Shown here in pieces: positions 12,101-23,269 of a stretch of 64,000 bases of DNA (positions within the stretch are counted from its first letter, which is position 1; the number at the start of each line of letters is the position of its first letter). This DNA is from Tubiluchus corallicola (taxonomy: Eukaryota > Animalia > Priapulida): the NCBI GenBank assembly GCA_030141605.1, contig JAQGDQ010000151.1:310001-374000 (forward strand), written 5' to 3'. The position numbers and the translations under genes are program-made. The notes below the pieces were generated by a model that made no database searches, was not told the origin of the DNA, and saw nothing but the letters and a program-made list of their open reading frames with translations.

Positions 12101-15100
12101 TGTGGTGCTTTCTTTTGTGGACTTTTTCTTTTTCACATTTCGTATTGCATTTGAATATAGTATTAGTTAAAGTACTCGAACTTTGAGTGAACCTCAATGC
12201 TTCACCTGACTAATAGACTCTCTTACCTTGGCAAACTCTTCTAAAGCTTTTCAGTTTTCTTTGTTGAGTTTGGTTGACTTGATTCATTAAGTTGAATTAG
12301 TTTTAGTTGGTTGTCCGGTGGTTTGAATTACAGATTCAGCATATGCACTTAGGTGAAATGATTGTAATTATCCATGGTTTGCTTATTATTATTATCCATG
12401 GTTTGCTTATTATTATTACTTTTATGTACTGTAAATCAATAATACAGAATGTGTGTTTCGTTTTTATTTAATAGTTCTCAAAACTTTTTAATAGTAGTTA
12501 ATCGATAAAATAATCAATAACTACCAACTCAAAATTTTCCAAAAAAATAAATGAACATTCATTTGATTAATACCAATACCAAATAAACATAGTATAAATG
12601 AACTAGATTTTATTTCGTATCATCTAACCGTGCTTTAAAAGGATTCATTACGTTTTTTCTGCGAATTTTATTTTCTGGGAAATGGCAGTTCTGCAAATAA
12701 CATTTGGGAAATGACTGTTCTTAGAAAAATCTTTTCTGGGAAGTAAATTTTTCTGAAAAAAACGTTTTCTGTGGTTTTTTTGTCGGGGGAAAAAATTAAG
12801 CTGGCAAAAACTTTTCTGGGAAACGAATCTACCCCATATTTTGAGGGACAGAGTATTGCAAATATAACAAGTTTTAAATAATAATGGCAATCATTAATGT
12901 TATGGTGATGAGACCTATATAAAAGATTTTGTAGATTCCTGTCCTAAATTTTGCAATCTTTTTAAAATTCTATGTCATATATTTGATCAATATTTGGTAT
13001 GTTTTCTTACTTCTTGTAAATCCTTGGTGCTGCGCTAACTATTTTGATGTTATGTACTGTTCATTGCATATTTTAATTGTCTGTTTTTTGGCTTTACAGA
13101 GATTGTCATGTGCCTTATCATTGTTGCTTCATGCTATGCTAGCCAGCATTATGTTTTATGGAATTACTGAGAAACCAGAAGATCAACTTGCCATAGGGGA
13201 GTTCAAAATTTCTATACAACAATTTCTTATTGGTACATCTTAATTTCTTCATAATTCTTATAATTAATTGACACTCTGTTACATTTAATCTTCACTATTT
13301 ATACAATTTTACAATATACAGTTTATACGTTATGTCATTCTTTTAACAATTGCCGTATTTATGGCTAAAAACATAAAGCTGTCATCTAGGTATACGTCTA
13401 ATGTTAGTATAGGATTGCATATACTCTTAATGTTAGGAATGTCTGTAGTGAATTGCTTGGTGAGTGGTCATTTCTTAATTTTTTTGTTTTTTTAATTGCA
13501 GGTATACAAACCAACTTAATCGTTTTTCCAATTAATTTGCTTGTAGTCCAGTTGTTCCGCAGGACAACTACCCATGAAGACAAGACCCCAGAATTTGTTA
13601 GAGAGCTGTAAGATTTATTAATCTTTTGTTAGTGATGCTGTTGCAAGCTAATTTGTTGACATGTGCTGGTTTTAAGTATACTAGCACTACTCGGCTATAA
13701 ATAAATTGTACAAGTTTCTCTACATGAATATACACATTCAATGTTCGTATAAATGTCAATATATACTGATATATTTAATCTTGCTTGACCTATTCCATTC
13801 TTCACTGGTTTCTACTAGTCTTAGGATCGGAAATTCTGCAGACAACTTTTTTGTCTGCATTCTCCACCAATTTCTCTCGGCTGCTACTATTGCACATTCT
13901 GTTAGTGCTTTTACTTAGCTTTTTCTTAATTATATTACACATCTATCCATCTCGGCTATCCCCAAGACCGCTTTTGCTTCATTTTGTCCTCAAAAGATAG
14001 ACACGTTCGTGCCAGTTACACTGCAAAATGAAACAGAGACTTCTGGGATGGATTGGTCTGCTTTTGGGCTCGACACCAGGTCCTCAACTGCTGATAAGTT
14101 GACTGAGCTGTAGAGATACATTTACCTGATCCAAAAAATGCTGCTTTCAGTCAGTTTAATACATTACTTTTTTTAAAATTATCCTTTTTTGGTTGGGAAT
14201 ATGCTAATTTTTATTTAATTTTAAACACATCCAAAACCTCAATAGTCTTCGACGATCTTTTTGAAGCAATCAGTTTAAAATCTCCAGGTTCTCAGATTTG
14301 TCATTTAGATGCAGTTTTAGTGAGTTTTATATTTTCACAGTAAAGAGAAAACTGCAGATGCAATTGAAAGAGTAGCGGAACAATTTCGGGACAAACAGAC
14401 GGGTTCACTTGCTGCCGAATCTTTTCTTAGAGTATCTTCATGGGTAAGTACAGCAACCAAATAATATTAAAGCGGTTTTTAGATTAAACTAACTTTTTTA
14501 AGTTGCTGATCAAACTAACCAAACTGGATGTTAACTAGTTTGCAACTAAGGCTACACATTGTGGTTTCATCATACTTAATAACTTGGGAAATTTCGTCTG
14601 CTTAGCAATTTGTCTATAAATCTTGACCAATAGCGGTTCAAGGAATTATTACCAATGTTAGAAAAAGTAAGGCCTAACCACAACTTTCTATACGCGTGGG
14701 TTCGTCATTTTGGGGCTGTTAAACGTGCTGTTTTTCCAAGTATTGTCAGGCTGTTATGTTTTTTTCTAAATTGGTCTCATCTGTTGGAAACGTTTTGGAA
14801 ACATTTCTGTGCTAAATAAATTAGGCATGTTTTTTCAGACTTGTTAATGTTGATGATATAGGTCATTCATGTTGTTCATGTAAATGATTTTCCAATACAA
14901 CACTCTCAACCAATTGGAATCTTAATTAGATTACTTGGTTTATCAGTATTATTGTACCAAAACTGCTTTTAAATAATAATGATATGTTGAATTGTTTATT
15001 TTGAGAAATATCAAAGTTACTGGCAAACCAATCTGCTACTTTGTGTGTTTGCATTAGTGCTTTTGAATGTTGACTGTTGATATCCAAAGAGCTATGCTAC

Positions 15101-18100
15101 ATTTTACAAATGTTACTACAGTAGTCACCTCTTAGTATACTCAAGGTTAATACACTCAATCGCTTAATTGACTCAAAAATACCTGGATATGGGCAGCTTC
15201 CTTTCAAATATGCATCAAAACTAACGGTAATTGACTCAAATAACTTCGCCTAATTGACTCAATATTTTTCCTTCACGTACTTAAAATAAGTCATTTGTAT
15301 GTGCCCAAACAGCCTTTCCTGCTTTTATGTCATCTGTACTTCGACTTTGTGCATTATTTAAGTAGAAACAATCATGTTAAGTACCGTTTTGTTTGTAAAC
15401 AGGTACGTTTATCATTTGCTAATATGCTAGCGTAGCGGTTTTTCTTTGAATCTGTTACATGCTCACCCACTGCAATTAACCTTGTTACCCAAAGAATTTC
15501 TGGAAGCTAAACATTAAATCACTTGCCTAGCGGTCAAAGATGCAGGTACAGTAATCAGCCAGTATTCCTTGTTTCCTATACAGCAAATAAGGGCATAGAG
15601 TTAAGAAGTTTGAAAAATGGTGTAAAGATAAGTGTAAAGATCTATCAGTTAAGGAGAAACTGAAAATTTTAGAGCAGTACAATAAACTTCCAAAGATGGG
15701 GCAGAGGTGTGCAGCAGCATAGTCGAAAATTTCTTAAAGTACTCTCAGCTGAATATTGAAAAAATGATCAGAAATTGAGCAGTCAGCAAGCCAAAATTAG
15801 AATCTTGCATCTAACAGGCGACGCACAGGAAAAGACTGTGAAGTGGTTTCAGCGTTAAAAGTGTGGTTTAAGAGAAAAGTGTGATTTAGAAAAGTATAAT
15901 TTTTAATTTATTGTTGATTCACTTATATAAATTAATATTTTAAAATATTTTTTCCTAATTTTTAACTGCACAAAGGAATTTAGGCAGTACTTCGTTTCTA
16001 AAATTAATTAAAAGCTTTGCAGTGCATAGTAACCTGATGACTCATACTTCTATAGCAGTAATACTACACCCATCGGTTAATAGGTTCAGTCGATTAATTG
16101 GGTCAAAACACGTCGGTACCAAAGTGAGTCTATTAAGCGGCGACTACTGTATTGCTGATTTGATTATTTCAACAATAACCATCTTGAAATATCATATATG
16201 AATAACAAAACTGTTTATCAACACTCATGTTTTAAAGTTTTGCACTTGTTCTTGCTTTCATTTGCAAAATCGTTTTTTTCAGGTAGGAAAAAGCGAAATA
16301 AAATTTGACCAGGAAGAGGATTGGTTAGCCTGGTTGCGGAATTCTAACCGTTCAGAAGATAAAGCTGAAAAAGAAATATATAAAAAACTCAAAACCGCAA
16401 ACAAAAAGCTGGTAAAGTTGGCAAAAATGTTTAGCAAAGGTGCACAGGAGGAGTTTAGAAAGGCTTATGTGGCTGAAAGTGAAATTCTGAAACGTAAAGC
16501 AGACCTGAGAAAGAGAGGCGCGAGCGTATACGGAACTGATGACTGGTGGGGATACAAACACACCTACATTAAAAAAGAACGAGGTTTTTGGGATGGCATC
16601 ACTGCCTTGTTTAATATTCGTCATAATGATCATAATAGTCATATTAATACTCGTGACCATGAATGTAAGTTACCCTGGTGGTGTCTCTATGTTGCCTGGA
16701 CAGTTCTTATTGTTTCCTCATTAATTTCTTCTTACCTAGTCATGCTTTATGGACTAAGTTACGGATATAACAAAAGCGTTGACTGGTTGATTTCCATGAT
16801 GACATCATTCTTTCAAAGCCTGTTTATCAGTGAACCAACAAAGGCTTTGTTTACGGCTGCATTTCTCGCTTTTCTATTTAGAAAGCCGCCAGAGTTGGAG
16901 GCAGAACCTTATAATGTTCCTTTGCAGGAAGATGAAGAGTATCGTCAACAAACTTATTTTGGTACCTATCAAAGGTGAGAAAAAATATTCCATTATAAAA
17001 ATAAGTGTCACAATTACGTGCACCGTGTGAGCAATCCCTATTGCAACTGTGTTATAGATATTTGTTCACACTCTTGCTCAAGCATAGTCTGTAAATAGGA
17101 TGTTTTTCTCTTTCTGAATTTTGATGTAACAGTCTGATAGCCATTTGATTCTCTTGGCCACTTCTTATGTTTTGAGTGCAGATGAACGTCTACTTTTTTA
17201 AATATTCACCATAAACCTACTTGCAGAGAATGCCACTGACTGTATAGGCCTTCTGGCCACCCACAAAAATTTATTATGCAAGTTGGTGTTTCAGCTTCTT
17301 GGAATTTTGGAAATAAGGCCTATAGTTATATCTGATATTGTTCAAACATATATAAAAAGTACTTGTTGATTCGTTTATTAGTGTGGCACATTTTTATGCT
17401 TTTGCTTATTAGTGCATAACATATTGTACTAATATACGTATTATATTGTATAGTAATTTATTTCTATGCATATCATTTTTATTAATTATCCCACCTGTAT
17501 ATCATTTCTTATTAATGAGGCCTCTTTATCAGCGTTAACTATGGCCAACTTTTTTTGTTGTTCCTTTGACACTAATAGAAATATTATTACATATATAAAG
17601 TAATAGAGTGTTCTAACTGAAATTTCTGAGATGCAAATAATCCTGGCCTTGAACAGTTTATGCAAAATCACCCAGTATAACTACTAAACACATTAACTAG
17701 AAATTGTACTTTCATTTTCAACTATTTGCTATAACCTGATAAAAATATACCCAGGTATTGGACCTCGGATTCCATCAGTATCAATTAGTGCACAACCAAA
17801 TTTGTCTAAATCAGCTCATACTTCAAGTTTTTTAAAGTTAGTTAATTTTCTTGTCCTGAAAAATTTATAAAAAGTTATTAAAAAATTTATTTGTTTGCTT
17901 ATGCTTACCTTGTAGATTTTGTAGTTTCCATAATTACAGAAAACATTCCCAGTTTTGTTGATCTGAGAAAATGTAAATGCTGACTTGAAAAATGAACACC
18001 GTGTAGCAACATTCCACTATACTCATACATTTTGTTTAACTTTGTGTGTATTTTGCCCACAGCTATTTTAGCTTTCTACATTTTTAGCTTGCTTCAGCGT

Positions 18101-21100
18101 CGGGAGAAATACCAACCTCCAGATGAGAGGCAAATTGCTGCCACCAGGGAACGCCTCGTTTACCGACGAAAAATGCGGCGGCTTCTTAATGATATTGCAC
18201 TATACTTTTGTTATGCTTTGGTACTATCCAGATTCATCTACCATGTTGTTGATAGTAGGTAAGATTTTCCATACTAACATAGTATTAATTCTCATAAAAA
18301 TTTTATTTCTCTAAATAAACGAACTCAAACAGTATATGTGAACTAGACCATTAGTGTGATAGACTCTATTGTACCTTCATAGTGAGAAGTATTGCATGAA
18401 AAGATTTTCACTTTTTAGATAATTTTGGATTTGAAGCTTAACCTTGTTTTACTATTTGTGCCATCACCTGTCCATTATTAGAAGTCAAACAGTCTGGTAA
18501 CTTGAAATAGGCCTTGCTTACCCTAAGCCAGCTGAAGATTGTTGGAAGTCAGTAATTTTGGTTTTTCTAAAATTTTATTTCCATCTGAAATATGGTATGT
18601 TATCATATGAGATACAAAGCTTAAATATTGTTTCAGTGACAGGAACACTTAATGGGATTTCAGCAATAACTGCATTATAATTAAGTTGCTAGCGCTTCTA
18701 ATTTCACATGAAAATTTCACGTGGCAAAGTTGAATAACTAGAATATGAGAAAGAGAGAGTACAGAAGAGAGAGAGAAGTAAGGAGCAAGAAAAGAGGAAT
18801 GTGTTAAAGAGAGAGGGGGGGAGAAAGAGAGAGGGATCAAGAGAGTAAAGAAGAGAGATGAGTGATCTAAAAATCAGCATGCAAACAACTGAGGAGTAAT
18901 GCAAGTCTTTTTGTCAGTTTATGTATATTTTAAAGATTCACTTCATTCTAAGCTTTGGGTATTAAGGTTTATTTATTTGCTTTAAAATCTGAAGAATTTT
19001 TTATTAAATGAATTGATTGTGGTATTACAAACTATGAACAGTGAGTAACAGTGAACAACAATTTCGTAGAATAAAATTTTCTGTAATAATAAGCTTTCTG
19101 TGTATATGTAGTACTGAATACACATGCTGTAAAAGCAATTCTAGATTATTTAGTGTCTTTTTTGCAGAGCTTATTTGGTAACGAAGTCGGTTGAAGATCT
19201 TGTTATTAATCCTAAAATGCCTGGACAAACCAAATTTAGTCAGGTATCCATATTATTAGTTGATATTAATGTGACAAACGTGCTTAATCTTATAGCACCT
19301 GTTGTGTATAAGTATGAAATTTATTGTAACACAAATTGTGAATCTTCTTGTGCACTTTGCCTTGCCAATTTTATTTTTTTCGAATATTATTCGTGTTAAT
19401 ATTATTTTTGTTTTGTACAAAAAATACAATATTTCATGTATTGTTATTTCGAACGCAGAGTTAAGTCATCATAATGTGCTTGCTTTTCATCCAGGGTTCA
19501 TTTCCTGACCAAAGCCTTGAAAAATGGTACTGCCAATGGAAACTAGTATTAAAATATTTTGGATATTAGGCCTACCCCTAGACTGTGTCCTAGACATACT
19601 TACTAAATATCAAAATACTTGATTTTCTTTTCAGATTAAGGATGTGAATAGTATGTGGGACTACATGAACAACACTCTGGTACCAAATCTATTTTTAGAC
19701 ACTATGTATGATGGAAGTTTAGCACCACCTGGCTTTTCAGTTAACTTAGTAAGCAGATTGGTAGGAGTTATAAGATTACGTCAACTTCGAACTAAAGCAG
19801 GTAGATTTCTCTCTGTCTTGCGACGCATCAAAAGCCTTTGATCACTGTTGACATTCAGCATTCAAATGTTTTCAAAGTTGGCAATGGAGTCAGGCAAGGG
19901 GGTAAAATGTCCTCGATTCTATTTAATTTAAATTTTAAAGATTTGAGTTTGAAACTGGCATCTACACAACTCGGTTGCCAAATTGCAAACATTTCTGTAA
20001 ACTATTTTATGTAAATTGATGATGTATGTCTCAGGCAATGTTGCATCATACCTTTGGTACAGTGAATTATGTAATTTGGTTTTAATACCAAATGAGAAAG
20101 AAAAATACCTTGGCCACATCATGTCTCAAGATAATAGAGATGATTTAGATATTATTCGTCAGAGGTCTTTGTTCTATTGCAAAGCGAACAAACTTATTAG
20201 AAAATTTGCTTATTGTACAAATGATGTAAAGAAACAGTTATTTATCTCCTTCTGTAACAGTTTTTATTGCATGTCCACGTGGAGAAATTTTTATGATTAT
20301 AATCTACAAAAGTTAAAAGTAGCATAGAATATATCGATGAGGAAGCTCTTCAGTTATGACTATGATTTTAGTGCTAGATCTATGTGTGTACAACTAAATT
20401 TAAAATATTTTGGTGTAATACACAGAAAATGTGTGTACAGCTTGTTAACCCGTTTGAATAGCAGTTCTAATGTAATCTGCATGACGATGTTTAAAAGCGA
20501 TGTCCGTTTCAAATCAGAAAATATTGGCGAACTTTATTATATAGGCAACAAAGTGCGTAATGCGTTTTTGGTAACACTGTGAAATAAAAAGTAATCGTGA
20601 CTTAGCTAACTAAAACTTTATACTAGCACCAAGTTATTTAATTATTTATTTATGTATATAATTGTGTGGCCTTGTAATGGTATGAACAAAATTGTTCAAA
20701 ATGAAGTAAATCTTTCTCTCTCTCACTCTCTCGCTTTCTGTCTTTTCCTTTTTTCTCTTCGCTGTACTATAACGAAACAGTGAAATTACCACATTGCTGA
20801 CTTGTAGCTTTTTCTTGACTAGGTCAGTGCTCCATAGACCCAAGAGTTCAACCATTTGGTCGACGGTGTACGTCTTATTATTACTGGCCATTTGAAGACA
20901 ATAAGTCATACAGGTCAGGATGGAGGTATATTAAATATCCTATGTATCCTCCAGACCAATGGACATTTCAGTCAACACTTGAGCTGCGAGCACCTCCATT
21001 TCCAGGTACGTGATGCACTTTATATCACAGAAAGGTTTAAGTAGGTGTACTACAAGTTCTTCGCATTATGACACAAAAAACGTGGTATAACGTTTAATAT

Positions 21101-23269
21101 TGTTTATTGATCATTACTGATATTGATTATTACTTGACTCATAATAGACAGCTAGAGAAATTAATTAACGTTGATCTGTAGCATGATTTGTATGCTATCA
21201 TAAACAGTTACATTTTCATATTTTTATTTCAACTTGAAATGAAATATTAATATTTAAGTCAAAATTATAGTAACAATTTTGTTAGTTTCTGGTAATTTTA
21301 TTTTCGTTTTCTTAGTTAAAAAGTATGTACTGAAAAACACAGGCAAATGAAATACATAACTTAATGAAATAACTTTTTTCTTTTTTAATATTACTATAGT
21401 ACATGTATTTACGGTATATATATTTATAGTACATATATATATATATATATATATATGGGTAAACTTCAGTTTATATACAATTAATATGTAATTACAGCAC
21501 TGCATAATACTAATTTAATACTCGGTTTTGGGTGGCTGATCCGATAACTGATGTTTTTCACCCCTTCCCATTTGTTTGGCTTTTTTTATTTATACCTATT
21601 TTTCTTTGTATTGTTTTTGGGATGAAAAATAAATGATTTGATTTGATTAGATATGAACATTTGACTGTGAGACAAATAAAAGTATGATAGTTATGGTAGA
21701 TTTGCATTACTAGTGGGTTTTTCTAATCGTCTACCTGACAAAAACAGTTTTATGCTTGTCACTAATCAAGAATTCATTGTTAGTGGGAATCAAGTTAAGT
21801 GAGATAATTGATAGCAAAATATCATTATCTTTAAAAGCGTTGCTTTCATTAGTTGCTGATTTACATGTTTACCTGTACTGCACCTAATGTCTATCATCGA
21901 TTGGCTCTGACTAATTAACTAAGATTGTAACTAAACAAAAGAACTATGTACGTATGTTTACATAATCGTCTCTTTTGTAGGTACATATGGCTTATAATGT
22001 GCAAAATATTGTCAAATTATATACATGCATAACCTTATTTATCGATACAACCAAAATGTAATCATTTTGCTTGCAGGTAAATTTGCCTTATACAGTGGTG
22101 GAGGCTTCGTTAAGGAATTTACAGACAACAGCACAAACAACATTGCAATTATTGAATCTCTTATTGATTCCCGATGGATAAATGATCTCACTCGCGCAGT
22201 ATTCGTGGAATTCACTTTGTACAATTCCAACTCTCATATCTTTAGTGTCGTCATAATGCTCGTGGAATTTACTCAAGAGGGCAGACTGTATTCCAAGTAC
22301 GACATCACCACTCTGAATATACTCCGCTACTGGCAGAGCATCGAATGGTCTTTTATTACTACGCATTTCATATATGTTGTCATAATGATCGTTTTTATCT
22401 TCAGAGTGCTTAGAAATGCTTTCCTTCATCGCTTAGCCTACTTCACTTACTTTAGGGAATGTTTTGAGCTTTCCGTTGTTGTTCTGTCCCTCGCAAGCAT
22501 GGTATTGTTCATAAGAAAAACAGTAGTAATCAGCAATCTGTTGAATTATCAGTTACCAGGCAAAAATGGAGCCACTAGTCAGTTATTTGGTAAAAGTGAT
22601 GTAGCCACTCGGTTGCAAGACATGAGTGATATACCTGAACTCATATACAGTACCGAGAGTGCCTTTATCAATTTCTATGAGGTGGCAGTATGGGACACCA
22701 CGCTTAGATACCTTCTGGCTGTACAGGTGTTTCTGATTACAGTTAAAGTTGTGGAGTTCACGTCTTTTACAAAACTATTGGGGAAATACTTTTACACTAT
22801 CAAGGCTGCACTGCCTGTGATATTTAACTACCTGATAATCGTTTTCTTTTCCTTCGTTCTCTTCACTCATGTGGGTATACTTGTTTTCGGTACGCAAGTA
22901 GATGATTTTAAGAATGTTCCCAGTGCTCTATTTACATTAATGAACATGCTTGTGCGAATTGGAGATTTCCATGCCATTATTTATGCTACCGGTTCTATAA
23001 CTGGCCCTTTGTTCTTTGGATTGTTCATGTTCTTTGCCTTCATTTATGTGATGTCCATCTTCCGCTCTGTATTAATGCAAGCTTACACAGCCGTGTTTAC
23101 ACTGTGGACTATAAAACCCATTAAACTTGATGTTATTGAGTACGTCAGGCGTGAGATGGGTGGAACTGCTAACCTACAAGTAGTAAAACAAAAAGTAGAG
23201 CACATGAGTGCAATGAGACGAATGCGCCGAGCAACTATACATGAAAAGATTGATCCAGAATGGTTTTAG
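6..23269 (+). CDS. Polycystin-1-like (PKD1L-type) protein, probably 5'-partial: Cys-rich region - PLAT - GPS - TM1 - PLAT - TMs - polycystin/PKD channel domain
   Basis: Exons read by hand, all GT-AG and phase-consistent: <=6-597, 2177-2327, 3586-3688, 5722-5842, 7714-7814, 8412-8642, 9572-9692, 9985-10144, 10547-10685, 11990-12097, 13100-13232, 13502-13607, 14341-14443, 16283-16974, 18088-18258, 19168-19243, 19635-19800, 20823-21005, 22077-23269 (4650 nt, 1549 aa + stop). Motifs: GPS CLFWNFTLEQWSSENCMVG...CQCLHMSTF; PLAT VWHDNKGDNPSWFL and NNWLAVDRG; DDHLWASIF..FTRVQRLSC; LPWWCLYVAW; RLRQLR; YSGGGF; WINDLTRAVFVEFTLYN. The frame is open to the window edge and no signal peptide is seen, so the start is probably upstream. 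Paralog identity (PKD1L1/2/3) cannot be assigned. Confidence 0.92.
710..1870. mobile_element. Possible non-autonomous PIF/Harbinger-like element in polycystin intron 1
   Basis: Left end TTAA-GGCAGGATTTCACAGG-ACTTC; right end read on the minus strand TTAA-AGCCTTTCACAGG-GTTCGCGACTTC. Subterminal regions are rich in short TTCG/CGAC/GCGA-type motifs. The TIR match is imperfect. Confidence 0.35.
3350..3439. repeat. Compound (GT)n/(GCGT)n microsatellite with a poly-G run
   Basis: Directly visible. Confidence 0.9.
4670..5395. mobile_element. Penelope-like retroelement remnant: inverted pair of ~140-bp pseudo-LTR-like arms
   Basis: 4670-4810 is the approximate reverse complement of 5261-5395 (e.g. 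ATGTCAAACGTTTCGATAGACTACTGCTGCCATCATCAGTGGTAATTTACGAACATACAACCAGTTTATATAGGCAGA vs TCTGCCTATATAAACTGTTTGTATGTTTGTAAATTTACCATTGTTGGTGACAGCAGTAGTTTGTCAAAACGTTTGGCAT). The arms carry a hammerhead core, a known feature of Penelope-like element repeats. Confidence 0.6.
4735..4773 (-). ncRNA. Minimal type-I hammerhead ribozyme motif (probably decayed)
   Basis: Minus strand reads CCA-CTGATGA-TGGCAGCAGTAGTCTATC-GAAA-CGTT-TGA. Both core boxes are intact and stem III is palindromic (AACGTT). Stems I and II are imperfect. Confidence 0.55.
5960..6972 (-). mobile_element. Internally deleted Tigger/pogo (Tc1-mariner superfamily) element, copy 1
   Basis: TA flanks (5958-59, 6973-74). ~24-bp TIR GTAGTCGCCACTTAATAGACTC / GAGTCTATTAAGCGGCGGCTATTG. 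ORF 6257-6508(-) KDLAVKEKLNILEQYNKLPKMGQRCAAAQLKISQSTHGRIVKK resembles the CENP-B/HTH_psq N-terminus of Tigger transposases. No DDE domain. Confidence 0.85.
9085..9172. repeat. (TTG)n/(TTA)n trinucleotide microsatellite
   Basis: Directly visible; it explains the poly-Asn ORF 9050-9241. Confidence 0.92.
10799..11040. repeat. ~51-bp GT-rich minisatellite, about 4.5 copies
   Basis: Unit GTGTGAGTGTCCTGTGTATGTGTATGAAGGTGCGTGTGCATGCATGACCAT starts at 10799, 10850, 10901, 10964 and 11013. Confidence 0.88.
15119..16149 (+). mobile_element. Internally deleted Tigger/pogo element, copy 2 (inverted relative to copy 1)
   Basis: TA flanks (15117-18, 16150-51). TIRs CAGTAGTCACCTCTTAGTATACTC / GAGTCTATTAAGCGGCGACTACTG. 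The body is the reverse complement of 5960-6972 (e.g. GTTAAGGAGAAACTGAAAATTTTAGAGCAGTACAATAAACTTCCAAAGATGGGGCAGAGG). The transposase remnant is disrupted. Confidence 0.85.
19850..20540 (+). mobile_element. Non-LTR retrotransposon (RTEX/RTE-like) reverse transcriptase fragment in a polycystin intron
   Basis: SNVFKVGNGVRQGGKMSSILFN (~19862-19927), then EKYLGHIM..DDLDIIRQRSLFYCKANKLIRKF..VKKQLFISFC..FYC and MRKLF; contains stops and a large deletion. Confidence 0.8.

Noticed and set aside
14040-14115. tRNA-like A/B boxes on the minus strand
   Set aside because: No cloverleaf; at best a decayed SINE head.
19244-19634. Possible U12-type intron (donor GTATCCAT); also donor GTTCCTT at 9693
   Set aside because: Neither matches RTATCCTT fully, no TCCTTAAC branch point near the acceptors, and both have ordinary pyrimidine tracts.
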